From Lama glama (taxonomy: Eukaryota), in NCBI GenBank assembly GCA_028534125.1, contig CM052816.1, forward strand, positions 30,196,001 through 30,260,000: DNA of 64,000 bases, in the 5' to 3' direction. This document shows positions 63,901 to 64,000 of the stretch, piece after piece (positions within the stretch are counted from its first letter, which is position 1; each line of letters opens with the position of its first letter). The notes under the pieces are model-generated. The model was not told where the DNA came from and made no database searches. It saw only the letters and a program-made list of their open reading frames with translations. The translations under genes and the position numbers were made by a program.

Positions 63901-64000
63901 GCTCTTCTTGTTTGCTACTAAGACAGAACTCTGGAACAGCTACTAATCCTGGGCTACATTTACTTGCGAGTTACATCTGCTACCATAAGTTCCAGGCCAA

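Noticed and set aside
1..64000. A novel multi-gene or prokaryote-style system (retron, CRISPR, defence island)
   Set aside because: The DNA is mammalian and repeat-rich. The only reverse transcriptase sequences are ordinary disabled L1 ORF2, and no operon-like gene cluster or RNA gene was seen.

Overview
This is AT-rich, CpG-depleted mammalian genomic DNA from a draft assembly, with two N gaps of exactly 100 and 500 nt. The young LINE-1 3' ends resemble camelid (alpaca/camel-type) L1s; this is recognised from memory, not from a search. I saw no Alu, B1/B2, Bov-tA or PRE1 SINEs. I could not identify any host protein-coding exon, RNA gene or CRISPR array. All convincing ORFs are L1 ORF2 remnants, and the rest of the ORF track looks like chance or antisense frames. 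The window is best read as a long intron or intergenic region, with weak hints of a + strand host gene. It carries two young TSD-flanked L1s in inverted tail-to-tail orientation (5537-8013 +, 14348-16995 -), older L1M/HAL1, L2, MIR, CR1/L3, MER5, MER44, MER58 and LTR fragments, and several CpG- or motif-rich candidate regulatory islets. I found no evidence for a new multi-gene system. The observations most worth checking are four: the inverted L1 pair enclosing a promoter-like or first-exon-like element; the same catalytic YADD>YAND change in both L1s; a templated fold-back insertion in one L1; and a cluster of short duplications next to a G-quadruplex motif. Old-repeat boundaries and subfamily names are approximate and were called by eye.
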